Source: Octopus bimaculoides
Taxonomy: Eukaryota
Reading direction: 5' to 3'
DNA: 64,000 nucleotides
NCBI RefSeq assembly: GCF_001194135.2
Contig: NC_068993.1
Location: 23,572,024-23,636,023, forward strand
Positions 60,601 to 64,000 of this stretch are shown one piece after another (positions within the stretch are counted from its first letter, which is position 1; the number at the start of each line of letters is the position of its first letter). The notes under the pieces were generated by a model. It did not search any database. It had not been told where the DNA came from and saw only the letters and a list, made by a program, of their open reading frames with translations. A program made the translations under genes and the position numbers.

Positions 60601-61203
60601 AAGCCGTACTATGTACTGCGTAGAACGTACGAGGAGAAGGAAGAACAGGGATTCAAATTGCATAGGCATAGAGGTAGACGGCATCAAGCAGTAACAGTAA
60701 TTGACGTAAACTATACTGGCGTTATAAATAATTTGACATTATAAATATAGAGGACAGATCAAGCACAGGATTAGAGCAGATTAGAGCAGAAATCGGGGAA
60801 GGTAGTATTGTACTGTAACGCAAAGAAATCAAAACTGCAAGTATTCAACCACGAAATGCCTGTGTCGGTGAAAGTGAGAGACGGTAAGTCGCTCAAGGAG
60901 TTGAACATTTCAAATACCTTGGTGCGTGGACACAAAGTACTGAAAAAGACATCGTAGCAAGGAAAGCTCTTGCCTGGAGCGCATGCCATAAATTGAGAAA
61001 GGTATGGAGTTCAACGTTAGCAAGGAAATTGAAAGTGAGGTTGTTTCTGGCAACAGTGGACGCTCACAAATACATGGACGCTCACAAAAGCATTAAAGAA
61101 GCAGTTGGACAGTTGTTATACGAGGATGCTTAGAATGGCACTCAGTGTCTCTTGGAAAAGTCATACAACAAACGCTGACTTATACCTGGGACTGCCTGTA
61201 AAA
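60601..61203 (+). mobile_element. RTE LINE RT segment, inverted relative to its own 3' end
   Basis: YVLRRTYEEKEEQGFKLHRHRGRRHQAVTVIDVNY (RT motif C region), YCNAKK, FKYLGAW, RKALAWSACHKLRKVWSS, WTLTKALKKQLDSCYTRMLRMALSVSWKSH..NADLY. Confidence 0.85.
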
Positions 61204-61284
61204 ATACTTGCATGATATCTACTTCCATGTAATTTAGTGCTACTAAAAATAATATATCTTTAATTTAGGTTCGTTCATTAGGGA

Positions 61285-61495
61285 GGGCAACTGGCTGAAT
61301 TATTAACACGGTGGGCCAAACGCTTAGCAGACTTTCGTCCATCTGCACGATCTAAGTTCGAATTCTTCGGATGTCGATTTTACCTCTTATCTTTCGAGGT
61401 CGATAAAATACCCCCCCCCCTTGAACACTGGTGTCGATGCATTAGATTTAACCCCTCTCTCCCAAAATTGCTTGTGTTGTGCCAATATTTGTTAG
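61285..61495 (+). mobile_element. Family-A SINE, decayed
   Basis: aactggctgaattattaacacggtgggccaaacgcttagc...gaggtcgataaaatac...cactggtgtcgatg. Confidence 0.68.
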
Positions 61496-61802
61496 TAATT
61501 TCCGTACATTCCGTGATGCAACGATTAGCAAGATGTTAGTTTTGCGACATATTATTTATGTTACAGTAGACAGCCATTCTACTAGAGATGACTTCCAAAA
61601 TGTGCCAAAAATGTTTGCTTAAACTTGTTTAAATAATATCTTTATCATTTGTTTTTAAATAGCATTCGATTGACTTCACGGAAATTCACCCATTTTTTCT
61701 GAGAGTGGATGTATTACCTAATAAGGACTATCAATTTTAGATTTCAGTTCGAAGGGTAATACAATCATGAAAAGATCGTAAGATATTTCAAACTTTTTAA
61801 AT

Positions 61803-62400
61803 GGAATGGCTGTGTGGTAAGTAGCCATAGGCACAGGAGTGGCTCTGTGGTAAGTAGCTTGCTTACCAACCACATGCTTCCGGGTTCAGTCCCACTGCGT
61901 GGCATCTTGGACAACTGTCTTCTACTATAGCCTCGGGCCGACCACAGCCTTATGAGTGGATTTGGTAGACGGAAACTGAAAGAAGCCTGTCGTATATATG
62001 TATATATATATATATNNNNNNNNNNNNNNNNNNNNNNNNNNNNNNNNNNNNNNNNNNNNNNNNNNNNNNNNNNNNNNNNNNNNNNNNNNNNNNNNNNNNN
62101 NNNNNNNNNNNNNNNNNNNNNNNNNNNNNNNNNNNNNNNNNNNNNNNNNNNNNNNNNNNNNNNNNNNNNTGTGTGTGTGTGTGTGTGTGTGTGTGTATTT
62201 GCGTGTTTTCGTTTGTCTCCCTAGCATTGTTTGACAGCCGATGCTGGTGTGTTTATGTCCCCGTCACGTAGCGGTTCGGCAAAAGAGACCGATAGAATAA
62301 GTACTAGGCTTACAAAGAATAAGTCCCGGGGTCGATTTGCTCAACTAAAGGCGCTGCGGCAGCATGGCCGCAGTCAAATGACTGAAACAAGTAAAAGAGT
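61803..62400 (+). mobile_element. Family-C tRNA-derived SINE with internal TA/TG microsatellite and gap
   Basis: ggagtggctctgtggtaagtagcttgcttacc...cgggttcagtccc...ttggacaactgtcttc...; tail ...gactgaaacaagtaaaagag. Partial duplicated head at 61803-61825. Confidence 0.9.
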
Positions 62401-62619
62401 ATATATTTATCTATTGATACAATATTATTTTCGTCGGATATCTTTTGTGATGATATTTTGATGTAAAGTTTCCTGCTCCTACTTTATAATATATAATCGC
62501 TCTTATTAAATGCCTAAATACCTCTAAAGTTTAAGACATTTCCCTACAAAGAGCACTTATTCGAAAATCAGTATACTGTATTCTCATTGAATATATTTGA
62601 TTAACTATATATACGTATA

Positions 62620-62633
62620 TAGATAGATAGTTT

Positions 62634-62688
<55 letters not shown>
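62620..62688. repeat. (GATA)n microsatellite
   Basis: Directly visible. Confidence 0.97.
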
Positions 62689-64000
62689 GCGTGTGTACAT
62701 ACATACATGTGTCTGTGTGTTCTTATGAATAATTTTGGTGCATAATTTTATAAAAGCTTCCGTCTGTACGGTGAGTGTATCCTGGTTTATGTATTACTTT
62801 TGTGAGGAATATATTTCTCAGCTAATCTTATTTATACACAACTAGCATGTATTCCAGTTATAGTTTCGGACGACGTGTGTGAATTTTTTTAATGATATTT
62901 ATTGTTTATGGAACTAATACTCTATAATCTAAATTGTTTGTACTTTAGTATGAATCATCATTAAATATCACCTGTTATCCCTCACTGGTTACTTAGCCCA
63001 ACATATTTTCCCGTATCTATAGTAAATGATTTTCTACGCTCAATCTTTTCATTAATGTCAAATGAATGAAACCTTTCTTAGAATGCATGTCTAGATAATT
63101 TCTTTCCTCGCCTATAAATGACGTATTTCCTAAATGTAATCTATGTATTGTGATTATTTCGTCTTCGTGATTAACCCTAGATTTAAATTTATTAACTCAG
63201 CTAAACAACATTCAGATATCGCTAGCAAGCAGTATTTATTCCAGTTAATCAATTTTTAACGTAAAAACAGTTCATTTCCTTTTTATGTCGGTTGCAATAC
63301 ATAAAACATTCTAGAAATTTTATTTTGATTTTTGGTTTTGTTAAATACAAATAAAAAATGTAGATTTGCATATTTTGGTACAGCATACTTTTATTATTTA
63401 ATAAGCAAGCCTTTGTTAATTCCGATGAAATTGCATTTATGGGGGCAGCTCGGTATTTACAGAGAAAAGATCGGAAACTGAGCAGTCTTCAGAAAGAGAC
63501 AGCAAAGGACTGGGAATTGAGAATATGTAAATGAGTATTACGTACTAGTTATTTATTCTATCATTAACTCCAATATAGTTAAGAAATACTGACTTTAGTA
63601 TATTAACATTATCCTCGCTGACATAAATATGAACATTAAATATTGACAACGAATTTAATTGTTTAATTGTTCTGCTCAACAGCAGAAAGAAACAGAGTAG
63701 AGAAGCAAACGTCTACTCAACACCAGATTGCAGCTACAAAATTAGCAGAAATAGTTATATAGGAGGTACTTTTGCCAAATATATCGTAATATTTATCACT
63801 AAAGTTGAAGATGACAGTGGCGATTGTATCTAAGTATGTATGGGGACAACAAAATTAACACTTAGAAATGAAACCTTAAATATGAGCATTCATGTATAAG
63901 CCCTGTTAAAAAGGGTGAAATGTGTCACAATTTATAGAGTTTTCTTGTGACAGATAAGTACATTAGAATTCAAACCTATTTCGGTGATTGCGAATAAACC

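Overview
AT-rich eukaryotic non-genic (intergenic or intronic) DNA with nine N-gaps, most beside microsatellites. I found no host protein-coding exon I can support. The SINE families resemble those I recall from Octopus genomes, so a coleoid cephalopod is likely (inference from memory, not a database match). The window is mostly decayed mobile DNA: many R4/Dong-like restriction-like-endonuclease (RLE) LINE fragments, several beside (AAT)n or (GAA)n tracts; two RTE LINEs; several Penelope-like elements (PLEs); a Tc1 transposase pseudogene; a rosa/DD41D-like mariner foldback; a hAT relic; Tx1/L1-like ORF1 pieces; several tRNA-derived SINE families; and many microsatellites. The most interesting signal is RNA-level. 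By eye I find about nine type-I hammerhead-ribozyme (HHR)-like motifs from five repeat families, all with short, palindromic or near-palindromic stem III. They lie in the paired pLTRs of a PLE (37008-37099, 38822-38914), in a tRNA-headed SINE-like composite (22597-22644; copy at 30565-30612), in a 152-bp tandem repeat with a variant core (29948-30407), and as two decayed motifs (21614-21694, 58298-58379). Other notable structures are an RTE copy with twin-priming-type 5' inversion, a telomeric (TTAGGG)n insert with an 8-bp flanking duplication, and several long inverted repeats. All structures were folded and aligned manually; none was checked by software.
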